64,000 bases of DNA from Deltaproteobacteria bacterium (lineage in GTDB: Bacteria; Myxococcota_A; Bradymonadia; REDH01): assembly GCA_007693585.1 (NCBI GenBank), contig REDH01000075.1, positions 9,066 through 73,065 of the forward strand, read 5' to 3'. The notes under the pieces were generated by a model. It was not told the origin of the DNA. It was given only the letters and a program-made list of their open reading frames with translations, and did not search any database. Positions 52,815 to 61,095 of this stretch are shown piece after piece; within the stretch, counting starts at the first letter, position 1; the number at the start of each line of letters is the position of its first letter. The position numbers were made by a program, and so were the translations under genes.

Positions 52815-54101
52815 GTGAGCAGCAAGCTTCTTCGGGTAGCCCTCGTCTGGAACGGTACGGTCATCAACGAGCGGATCCTCCGCAAGCCGGAGGACGTCGT
52901 CGTCGGACCCAGCCCGAAGGCCATGTTCGTCGTGCCGGCCGCCGACGTGGAGGAGCACGTGCTCTTCACCCCCTCCGGCAGCGAGTACACCGCCTCCCTG
53001 CTCTCCGGCATGGATGGACAGGTCACTCTCGCCGGAGACAACAAGGCGATCTCCGCCCTCGGGACGAGCTTCCAGATCCGCCCGGGGGACTACGGCGTCC
53101 TCACCATCGGAGAAGTGAGCATCTTCTTCCAGTGGGTCGATGACGAAGGAGCCATCCTCGGCGCCTCGCCGCTCTCCACCGTGGACTTCAACCTGGCGTC
53201 CACGGTGCTCGTGGCCGCCGTCGTCCACATGCTCCTCCTCCTCTTCGCCTTCATCACCTTCGACCCCGAACTCCGGCGCGCAAGCATGGAGTTCCCCGAT
53301 CGCTTCGTCCGCATTCTCGCCCAGGAACCCCCCGACATCCTCGAGGAAGAGGAAGACGAGGTGCCCGACGAGACCATGTCGGAAGCCGCCGCAGGCGAAG
53401 AAGGCGAGTTCGGTGATCCGGAAGACGAAACCGAGACGGAACTCCCCGACCACGATGCTCCACTCGTCGAGGAACTCGAGACCCCCGAACTCGGACGCGC
53501 CTTCGACGCCGCCATCGCCGAGTCCGGTGCGCTCACCAACATCTTCCAGCAGAACGACAGCTTCGCCAACCAGTTCGGCGCCGACTTCGCCACCGCCGGC
53601 GAAGGCGACGCCTTCAACGCCGGTCACGGCAGCCTCGGCCTCGGCGGCTCCGGCTCCGGCTCCGGCGGCGGCGGATTCGGGGCCGGTCGGGCCGGGGGCG
53701 TGGGATCCCTCGACACCGGCGGCGGACGAGGGCAGGGCGCCGCGGTCGGACGTCGTCAGGCGCGAGCGCCCCAGGCCCGCGTCGAACGCGGCAGCCCCTC
53801 TGTCTCCGGATTCCTCACCCGGGAACAGATCGAACGCGTCGTGCGACGACACAGCCGCGGAATCCGCTTCTGCTACGAACGTGAACTGCAGACCGATCCG
53901 TCCCTCGGTGGCCGCGTTGCCGTCAACTGGACCGTCGGGCTCGATGGACGCGTCACCGCACAGTCCGTCGTCGAGAACACCATGGGCAACCGAAACGTCG
54001 AGTCCTGCATCCTCCGCGAAGTCAGCAGGATGCGCTTCGACGAGCCCGACGGCGGCATGGTCAACGTCACCTACCCGTTCACCTTCCGCTCCGCCGAGTA
54101 G
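52815..54101 (+). CDS. Second GltG-like TonB-family protein (AgmX/PglI C-terminal domain)
   Basis: KLLRVALVWNGTVINERIL, one TM containing His (AAVVH), acidic then Gly-rich linker, IRFCYEREL..PSLGGRV...W....G.V...VESC...F.EPDGGMVNVTYPFTF. Confidence 0.9.
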   Translation: MSSKLLRVALVWNGTVINERILRKPEDVVVGPSPKAMFVVPAADVEEHVLFTPSGSEYTASLLSGMDGQVTLAGDNKAISALGTSFQIRPGDYGVLTIGEVSIFFQWVDDEGAILGASPLSTVDFNLASTVLVAAVVHMLLLLFAFITFDPELRRASMEFPDRFVRILAQEPPDILEEEEDEVPDETMSEAAAGEEGEFGDPEDETETELPDHDAPLVEELETPELGRAFDAAIAESGALTNIFQQNDSFANQFGADFATAGEGDAFNAGHGSLGLGGSGSGSGGGGFGAGRAGGVGSLDTGGGRGQGAAVGRRQARAPQARVERGSPSVSGFLTREQIERVVRRHSRGIRFCYERELQTDPSLGGRVAVNWTVGLDGRVTAQSVVENTMGNRNVESCILREVSRMRFDEPDGGMVNVTYPFTFRSAE

Positions 54102-54159
54102 CGCGCGGATGCCGCACGAAACAGCTCGGTTCACCCGGGCACGGTGCACACCCCGATGC

Positions 54160-54246
54160 GCTGAACCTCCGCGCATCGCGGATGGCCCGAAGCTGAACCT
54201 CCGCGCATCGCGGAAGGCCCGAAGCTGAACCCATCCGCGCGCATCG
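54160..54246. repeat. Intergenic 32-bp tandem repeat with internal hairpin (two near-identical units plus one degenerate partial unit)
   Basis: gctgaacctccgcgcatcgcgga(t/a)ggcccgaa at 54160-54191 and 54192-54223, partial copy from 54224. Each full unit contains TCCGCG-cat-CGCGGA. Confidence 0.9.
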
Positions 54247-54398
54247 ACGCATCACCGCACTGACCGGAGATGCCTCGCGCAACCGATGCGCCGTGCCCGG
54301 CACGCAGCCAACCGTCCCGAGAAGGCCCCCTCAGGGGCCCGACGAGATACCGGGCGCGAGTGCAAGCCGAGGCACCTGGCGGCCCCCAGACCAACCCG

Positions 54399-54683
54399 TC
54401 AGCCCTCGCTCGCACCGTGAACGATGCCGTGCTGCTCAAGCAGGGGAACAAGCTCCCCCGACTCGTCCAGCGCGCGGAGATCCGTGAACCCCCCGACGCT
54501 CACGTCCCCCACGAAGATCTGCGGCACCGTGCGCATGCCCGTTCGCTCGAGAAGAGCGGCCCGCTGCGCCGCGTCCGTCGTGACATCCACGCTGGTCCAC
54601 GGCACGCCGCGCGCGTCCAGCAGGCGCTTTGCCATGTCGCAGTAGGGGCAGTAGCCCGTGACGTAGATCGTGACGACACTCAT
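54399..54683 (-). CDS. grxC: Dithiol glutaredoxin (Grx3-like)
   Basis: Start MSVVTIY; CPYC, RTVPQIF, GGFTDL. Confidence 0.93.
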   Translation of the reverse strand: MSVVTIYVTGYCPYCDMAKRLLDARGVPWTSVDVTTDAAQRAALLERTGMRTVPQIFVGDVSVGGFTDLRALDESGELVPLLEQHGIVHGASEG

Positions 54684-55036
54684 CGCTTTCCTCGAGAAGC
54701 AGGGGGGCATCGGCCGCTGGGGTGGCCCGCGGGCCGGACAGACGTCCCCTAGGGGCGCTCCATGGCAATGGCCAGTCACGGAGGAAGCCCCGTTCAAGAG
54801 CGAGCCATGACCTCTCTCGGAAGATCAGGGCCAGACACCTACGCCGCCGCTCCGAGGCCTTCCGCACCCGACCGCGTACTCGCGCCCCCACCCGCGCACA
54901 CACGGCCATGGTTGCCCCATCGTTCGCGTCGTTGCAGGCTGCCTCTGCGCGGCGAACCGGATCATGCCGCAACACGACACCGACCACGACGATTGACGCC
55001 GCACGGCAGCGCTCTCTCCACCCTCCACGAGTTCTC

Positions 55037-56824
55037 ATGCCCTTCCCCGACCGGGTCGCCTGGTTCGACAACGACCGGTTGTGCATCCGCTTCTCGTTCT
55101 CGATGAGCCTCAAGGATCAGGTCAAGGCCATCCCGGGAACCCGCTGGAGCCCCCACGAGAAGTGCTGGTGGGTGCCCGCGACCGAAGCCGATCGCGTGGT
55201 GCCGTCCCTGCGCGAGCTGCACTTCACGATCGAGGACGACCCGCTGCCCGGCGGCGAAGCAGAGCCGCTCCGCGACGGTCGCGAGCCAGATCGCCGAAGC
55301 GCCCAGGCCGTCCCCGCACCCAATGGCCAACCGGCCCTTCGCGTCAGCGAACTCAACCGCACCGCGCACCAGGCGCTCTCCGGCGTCTTCCCCGCGCCCC
55401 TCTGGCTGATCGCCGAGATCGACAATCTCCGTGCACGCTCCGGGAACTACTGGTTCTCCCTCGTGGAGCGCGATGCCGCAGGGCAGATCACCGCCGCCGT
55501 CCCCGCCGTCATCTTCGCTCGACAACGAACCGCCATCGATGCGGCACTCCAGGCCAACGGCCTCCTGCTCGAGGACGAACTCACCGTCTGCATGCGTTGC
55601 CGCGTCACCCTCTACGAACCGCGCGGAACGTTCCAGGTCATCGTCGATGGCGTCGACCCCCGACACTCCCTCGGCGACCTCGCCCGACGCAAGGAAGAGG
55701 TCCTCGAACAACTGCGCACCGAACACCTCGATCGCCGCGCGCTCGACCGTCTCGAACCCCTGCTCCCTCTCAGGGTCGCCCTGCTCACCAGCCGCGAGGG
55801 CGATGCCCGTGCAGATGTGCTGCGCACCCTCGAGGACTCCGGCTACCCCTTCGTCGTCGACGCATTCGACATCCGCGTCCAGGGCCCACGGCTCCGCGCC
55901 ACGGCCTGCGCCGCCCTCGATGCCGTGGCCTCCACACCCGACGCATGGGACGTCTGCCTCATCACCCGCGGCGGGGGCAGTCGCAGCGAGCTCGGCGCCT
56001 GGAACGACATCCAGATCGCCCGGCGGATCGCCCGTCTTCCCGTCAAGACGCTGGTCGCCATCGGGCATGAACTCGACCGCTGCGCACTCGACGAGATCGC
56101 CTGGTCGGAACGCACGCCCACCGCCGCCGCACAGGCGCTGGTCGCTAGGGTCGCCGCACAGGAGCAACGCCTCCACGACGCCACGAAGGTGCTCGTCCAT
56201 CTGGCGCCGCTTCGTCTGGAACGGGCGGGAACCGCGCTCGCAACGCGCGCCCATCGCTTCGAGCGCGGCGTCTCCCGCGCCCTCGACATCGAACGCCAGC
56301 GCGCCCGCACCGTCTGGCCCGAGCGCCTCCGCCGTGGCGCGACATCCTTGCTCCTGCACCAGCAGAAACGCCTGCAGCAGCGCGCCCACGACATCATCGC
56401 CCGCCGCACCCGCGCCCGCCTCGCCCGTGAACACCACACCATCCTCGACCTCGACCGCCGCCTCGCCCGCGGCTTCCAGCACAGGATCCTCCGCGGCCGG
56501 ACAGAGCTCTCACACCTCGAACGACGACTCCTGCGAACCCCTCCCGCTCGCCTGCGGCATGCCGCCGAACTGCTCGACTCCGCCTCCGCCCGCGTCAGGC
56601 TCGCCGAACCGGAGCGCCTCCTCGCACGCGGACTCGCCGTGGTGCGGGATGCCGATGGTCATGCCATCCGCTCCCGCTCCGCCCTCGTCGAAGGCCTCCC
56701 CGTCCGCGTCGAGGTCGCCGACGGGGGAATCGCCGCCCGGTTGACCGAGGTGGAACTCGTGGACCACAACCGGCAGCCGACACCGTCACCGTCCCTGGAC
56801 ACCCGCAACAAGGACCCGAAATGA
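55037..56824 (+). CDS. xseA: Exodeoxyribonuclease VII large subunit with an extra N-terminal domain
   Basis: LRVSELN, OB-fold (SGNYWFSL, LYEPRGTFQV), RGGGS, IGHELD, TPTAAA, LARGLAVV; followed by xseB. Confidence 0.92.
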   Translation: MPFPDRVAWFDNDRLCIRFSFSMSLKDQVKAIPGTRWSPHEKCWWVPATEADRVVPSLRELHFTIEDDPLPGGEAEPLRDGREPDRRSAQAVPAPNGQPALRVSELNRTAHQALSGVFPAPLWLIAEIDNLRARSGNYWFSLVERDAAGQITAAVPAVIFARQRTAIDAALQANGLLLEDELTVCMRCRVTLYEPRGTFQVIVDGVDPRHSLGDLARRKEEVLEQLRTEHLDRRALDRLEPLLPLRVALLTSREGDARADVLRTLEDSGYPFVVDAFDIRVQGPRLRATACAALDAVASTPDAWDVCLITRGGGSRSELGAWNDIQIARRIARLPVKTLVAIGHELDRCALDEIAWSERTPTAAAQALVARVAAQEQRLHDATKVLVHLAPLRLERAGTALATRAHRFERGVSRALDIERQRARTVWPERLRRGATSLLLHQQKRLQQRAHDIIARRTRARLAREHHTILDLDRRLARGFQHRILRGRTELSHLERRLLRTPPARLRHAAELLDSASARVRLAEPERLLARGLAVVRDADGHAIRSRSALVEGLPVRVEVADGGIAARLTEVELVDHNRQPTPSPSLDTRNKDPK

Positions 56825-57063
56825 GCACCACCTCCGCCGACGAAGAGACCAGCTGGGCAGCAGCCGTGGACGAACTCGAGGACATCCTGCGCGCCATCGA
56901 GGACGAACAGCTCGACATCGATTCCCTCGGCCCGCAGGTCGAGCGCGCAGCGACCCTCATCCGCACCTGTCGGTCGATTCTCGACGAAACCGGCATCCGC
57001 GTGCGCGAGGCCCTCGTCAGTCTCGAACCCGAGCAGGGCGAACCCGAGCAGGGCGACGCGTGA
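56821..57063 (+). CDS. xseB: Exodeoxyribonuclease VII small subunit
   Basis: SWAAAVDELEDILRAIE...LDIDSL...RAATLIRTCRSIL; ATGA overlap with xseA. Confidence 0.9.
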   Translation: MSTTSADEETSWAAAVDELEDILRAIEDEQLDIDSLGPQVERAATLIRTCRSILDETGIRVREALVSLEPEQGEPEQGDA

Positions 57064-58433
57064 TCGCGCGCCTCGGTACATGGCTGAGCGCCCTCGCCAG
57101 CAGAGTCGTCCCGGACCCCTTCGTCCTCGCCCTCGGGCTGACCCTCCTCGTCCTCCTCGCAGGCTGGGTGCTTGTCGGGCCCGTCGGCATCGAAGCCGCC
57201 GAGGCCACCGGGTTCTGGACCCTCCTCCTCGCCTGGGCCGAGGGCCTCGCCAACCCCGGAGGACTCGCCTTCGCCCTCCAGATGTCCCTCATCCTCGTCA
57301 CCGGACACGCGCTCGCGGTCAGCCCACCCGTGCAGTACCTCGTCCGATGGATCGCCAGCCTTCCACGCTCCGGAGCCGGCGCAGTCTTCCTCGTCGCCCT
57401 GGTCGCCTGTCTCGCGGGAACGCTGCACTGGGGCCTCGGCGCCATCGTCGGCGCGCTGCTGGCGCGAGAGATCGGCCGCAGCGCCGCAGCGCGGAACACA
57501 CCGCTCCACTACCCACTCCTCGGGGCGGCAGCCTACGCCGGCATGGCGGTCTGGCATGGCGGACTCAGCGGCTCCGCACCCCTGACCTCCGCCATGGAAG
57601 GACACTTCGCCGAGCCCGCCGCCGGCGTCGTCCCCCTCGGCGACACGATCTTCAGCCCCATGAACACCCTCGTGATGCTCGCGCTGATCATCACCATTCC
57701 ACTCGTCTTCCGTGCCATGCACCCCGCAGACGGCCGGCCCGTCACCGGCATGCCGGCACTGCCCCCGATCTCATCCCCCCCCGACCCGCAGGGCGATGGA
57801 AGCCTCGTCGACCGCATCCAGCGCAGCCCATGGCCAGGCCGGCTGCTCGGCGCACTCGGGCTCCTCTTCCTCACCGCAGCCGTGGCACGGGGCGAGCGAT
57901 CCTTCGACCTCAACGCCGTGAACCTCGGCTTCCTCAGCGCCGGCCTCGTGCTCCAGGGCTCCCTCAAGGCCTACGCCGACGCCGTCGCCGACGGCGCCCG
58001 CGGCGCCGGAGCGATCATCCTGCAGTTCCCCTTCTACTTCGGTATCCTCGGAATCATGCGCGCCGCCGGCATGATCGACTGGATCAGCGCAGGACTCGTC
58101 ACCCTCTCCACACCCCTCTCCTTCCCCACCGTCGCCTTCCTCTCCGCAGGCATCGTCAACTTCTTCGTGCCCAGCGGAGGCGGCCAGTGGGCCGTGCAGG
58201 CCGATATCCTCCTCCAGGCCGGCCAGACCCTGGGCGTCGCCCCCCACGTCACCATCCTCGCCTTCAGCCATGGCGACGCCTGGACCAACATGCTCCAGCC
58301 CTTCTGGGCACTTCCGCTCCTCGGCATCATGGGGCTCCGCGCCCGCGACATCATCGGCTACACCGCCGTCATCTTCCTGCTCATGGCCGTGCTCGTGCCC
58401 GCTCTCCTCACCCTCGCCGTGCTGATGGGCTGA
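57060..58433 (+). CDS. atoE: Short-chain fatty acid transporter (AtoE family)
   Basis: PDPFVLA, FALQMSLILVTG, WHGGLSGSAPL, QFPFYFGI, NFFVPSGGGQW, GDAWTNMLQPFWALP. Confidence 0.93.
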   Translation: MIARLGTWLSALASRVVPDPFVLALGLTLLVLLAGWVLVGPVGIEAAEATGFWTLLLAWAEGLANPGGLAFALQMSLILVTGHALAVSPPVQYLVRWIASLPRSGAGAVFLVALVACLAGTLHWGLGAIVGALLAREIGRSAAARNTPLHYPLLGAAAYAGMAVWHGGLSGSAPLTSAMEGHFAEPAAGVVPLGDTIFSPMNTLVMLALIITIPLVFRAMHPADGRPVTGMPALPPISSPPDPQGDGSLVDRIQRSPWPGRLLGALGLLFLTAAVARGERSFDLNAVNLGFLSAGLVLQGSLKAYADAVADGARGAGAIILQFPFYFGILGIMRAAGMIDWISAGLVTLSTPLSFPTVAFLSAGIVNFFVPSGGGQWAVQADILLQAGQTLGVAPHVTILAFSHGDAWTNMLQPFWALPLLGIMGLRARDIIGYTAVIFLLMAVLVPALLTLAVLMG

Positions 58434-58607
58434 CCCGTCTGCCGAGGCACCCACGGACTGACGCCTCGCGTCACGTGCATTCGTTGACGTCGCAAGGGAT
58501 TCCGGACACGGCCAGAGGGTTGTCGCCGCTCCGGGGGGACCGCAGCATCGTGCGCCCACCCGCAGCCAGTCCCCCCCCGTCCCGAAACACCGACGGAGCC
58601 AACCCTC

Positions 58608-60206
58608 ATGGCCCACGCCAGCCGCCTGCTCGTCTGCTCCCTCCTCCTCGTGGCCCTGTCGACCACGGAGGCCTTCGCCGCCGGGTTCACCTTCCCCGAG
58701 AACCTGACCCGCGCCATGGGCCGAGGCGGTGCATGGATCGCCGGCGTCGACGACGCCAGCGCGCTCTACCTCAACCCCGGGGCGCTCACCCGCATCGAGC
58801 GCGGCTCCCTCCTCCTCAACGTCAACATCATCGACCACGACCTGCGCTTCCAGCGAAACCCCCGCGAGGACCGCAGCAACCCCCTCAACCCCCTTAGCTT
58901 CGAGTACGACGAGGTCCGCAACGAGTCCCGACCCTACATCGCTCCGATGCTCTTCGGCGGCATGCGCGTCGGTGACCTGCCCCTCGTCCTCGCCACCGGA
59001 ATCTACGGACCCTCCTCCGTCGGACGCCTCCGCTTCCCCGATCCACCCATCCGCGACGACCGCAGCGGCGACGAGAGCCTCGACGGCGGACAGCGGTACA
59101 TGATCATCGAACAGGACGTCATCCTCTTCTACCCCAGCATCGCCGCCGCCTGGCGATTCGATGACATCAACCTCAGCCTCGGAATCACCGGCCAGCTCGC
59201 CGTCACCATGATCGACTACAACATCGCCATCGATGGCAGCCACTCCAACCCCACCGTCCGAGCCAACGGCTCCGTCACCGTACGCGACCAGCTCGAGAGC
59301 GAGACCTACCTCACACGCACCCGCCTCGACGTCTCCGGCGCAGTACCCACCCTCATCCTCGGCGCACTCTGGGAACCCCACCCCCGCTTCGCCCTCGGCG
59401 CCAGCTGGCGGCCCCGCTTCACCGTACGATCCTCGGGAACCATCGATGTCGAGTTCCCACCAGACCTCCGAGGCCTCTCCGACGACGGAAGCATCGCCAT
59501 CCTCAACGATGACGTGCGACTCGAAATCAACTTCCCCCACGTCGTCCGACTCGGCGCGCTCTACCGCCACCTCGGCGCCGAAGACCGCGAGCACTTCAAC
59601 GTCGAACTCGCCGGCGTCTACGAAGGCTGGTCCGTCCTCGAGGAGTACGTCGTGCGCACCGACGTTCAGGTCCAGCTCCCCAACCTCGCCGCACACGGCG
59701 ATCAGGACCCCTTCTTCGTTCGCGAACTCCCCGACCTCCGCCTCCCCAAGCAGTACCGCGACTCCGTCTCCATCCGCCTCGGCGGCGAGTTCCACCCCCT
59801 CCACCACAACCCCGAGACCCCCCGGCTCTCCCTCCGCGCCGGCGGATTCCTCGAAACCGCCGCCACCCGACCCGAGTACGCCCACCTCGACTTCCTCTCC
59901 CCTCGCAGAATCGGAACCTCCGTCGGAGCAAGCTGGAACGTGCTCCATCGCTCCGGGGCCGTCTCCAGCATCGATGTCGGCTTCAGCATGATCTTCAGCC
60001 CCGACATCGTGCTCCAGGAAGGCGAAGGCCGCTACGACCTCCTCGTGCCCCTGTGGATCTGCGGAAGCCCACAGACCGACGCCGAACGCGAGTACTGCGA
60101 CACCGTCGCACCCGAGGACGCACCAGGGGTCGGCCAGCCCGTCAACGAAGGGCGCTACCAGTCCCACATGAACATCTTCAGCGTCGGACTCAGCCACCGC
60201 TGGTGA
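58608..60206 (+). CDS. FadL/OmpP1/TodX-family outer-membrane channel
   Basis: Signal peptide (AFA-AGF), AMGRGGA...DDASALYLNPGAL hatch motif, beta-strands, C-terminal Trp. Confidence 0.88.
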   Translation: MAHASRLLVCSLLLVALSTTEAFAAGFTFPENLTRAMGRGGAWIAGVDDASALYLNPGALTRIERGSLLLNVNIIDHDLRFQRNPREDRSNPLNPLSFEYDEVRNESRPYIAPMLFGGMRVGDLPLVLATGIYGPSSVGRLRFPDPPIRDDRSGDESLDGGQRYMIIEQDVILFYPSIAAAWRFDDINLSLGITGQLAVTMIDYNIAIDGSHSNPTVRANGSVTVRDQLESETYLTRTRLDVSGAVPTLILGALWEPHPRFALGASWRPRFTVRSSGTIDVEFPPDLRGLSDDGSIAILNDDVRLEINFPHVVRLGALYRHLGAEDREHFNVELAGVYEGWSVLEEYVVRTDVQVQLPNLAAHGDQDPFFVRELPDLRLPKQYRDSVSIRLGGEFHPLHHNPETPRLSLRAGGFLETAATRPEYAHLDFLSPRRIGTSVGASWNVLHRSGAVSSIDVGFSMIFSPDIVLQEGEGRYDLLVPLWICGSPQTDAEREYCDTVAPEDAPGVGQPVNEGRYQSHMNIFSVGLSHRW

Positions 60207-60300
60207 TCCCGACGCCCGCCCCCCCCACCGACAATCCGCATCGGCCAGACACTCACCTCGGCCAGCTCCATCCCCCGGGGGCGCCCGCTCCGCGATGAAC

Positions 60301-61095
60301 TCACTCGCCGCGCGACACCTTCGACCCGAGGAAGCCCTCCACCGCGTCGGCGCGCACCCACACCCGCTCCCCGTCCGCGAGCTCCACGTGCGCCCACCCC
60401 GAGCGCTCCTCCAGTCGCCTCACCAGCGCTCCCTCGTGCAGCGCGGGAAGCACGCGCTGCGCCGCCAGCAGGTCCGGAGCTTCCCGACCCTGCACGCCGG
60501 CAGCCACCACCACCGCCGGGTCCACCGCCTCCAGCACCCGCGGTGCCGCCGCAAGCAAGCCCGCAAGCGTCAACGCAAGCACCAGACACACCAGCGCACC
60601 CACTCCACCGAGATCCAGGCCCCCCTCCGCGCGAGACCGCAGCGCACGCACACCCAGTGCACCGCCGACCCAGGCCAGGGCAACCATCCACCACGCCGCT
60701 GTCGACACCGGCAACGAATGCGTCAGGCGCAAAAGGAAGAACCCGCGCGGCTCTCCACCGGTCAACCGGATCATGCCCTCATCACCCAGATGCCGGCGGC
60801 GCGTCTCCGTCCGCACCACCTCCAGCGCCCGGTCCACCGCCCGATCCTGCGGTGCCACCAGCCGCGCGCGCTCCAGCGCAAGGATCGAGTGGCCCATGCG
60901 GCCGTCCCAGGCTTCCTGAAGTCCGCGGGCATACTGCCCCGATGAAGACCGAGGCGACGACTCCAGCACCTCCCCGATATGCCGTCGAAGCTCCTCGCCC
61001 GGACCCTGCAGCTCCCCGGCCATCGACGCGGCGCCCGCCAGCGGCCAGAAGAACAGCAGCGCCACAAGGACGCCGGTCCAGCGCAACACGCTCAT
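60301..61095 (-). CDS. BatE-like protein with C-terminal SH3 domain
   Basis: TPR-like GHSILALERARLVAPQD, TM pair, LHEGALVRRLEERSGWAHVELADGERVWV (SH3b); follows batD. Confidence 0.78.
   Translation of the reverse strand: MSVLRWTGVLVALLFFWPLAGAASMAGELQGPGEELRRHIGEVLESSPRSSSGQYARGLQEAWDGRMGHSILALERARLVAPQDRAVDRALEVVRTETRRRHLGDEGMIRLTGGEPRGFFLLRLTHSLPVSTAAWWMVALAWVGGALGVRALRSRAEGGLDLGGVGALVCLVLALTLAGLLAAAPRVLEAVDPAVVVAAGVQGREAPDLLAAQRVLPALHEGALVRRLEERSGWAHVELADGERVWVRADAVEGFLGSKVSRGE

Noticed and set aside
54160-54246. 32-bp palindromic repeats as a CRISPR array
   Set aside because: The units are directly adjacent with no unique spacers, and no cas genes are in the window.
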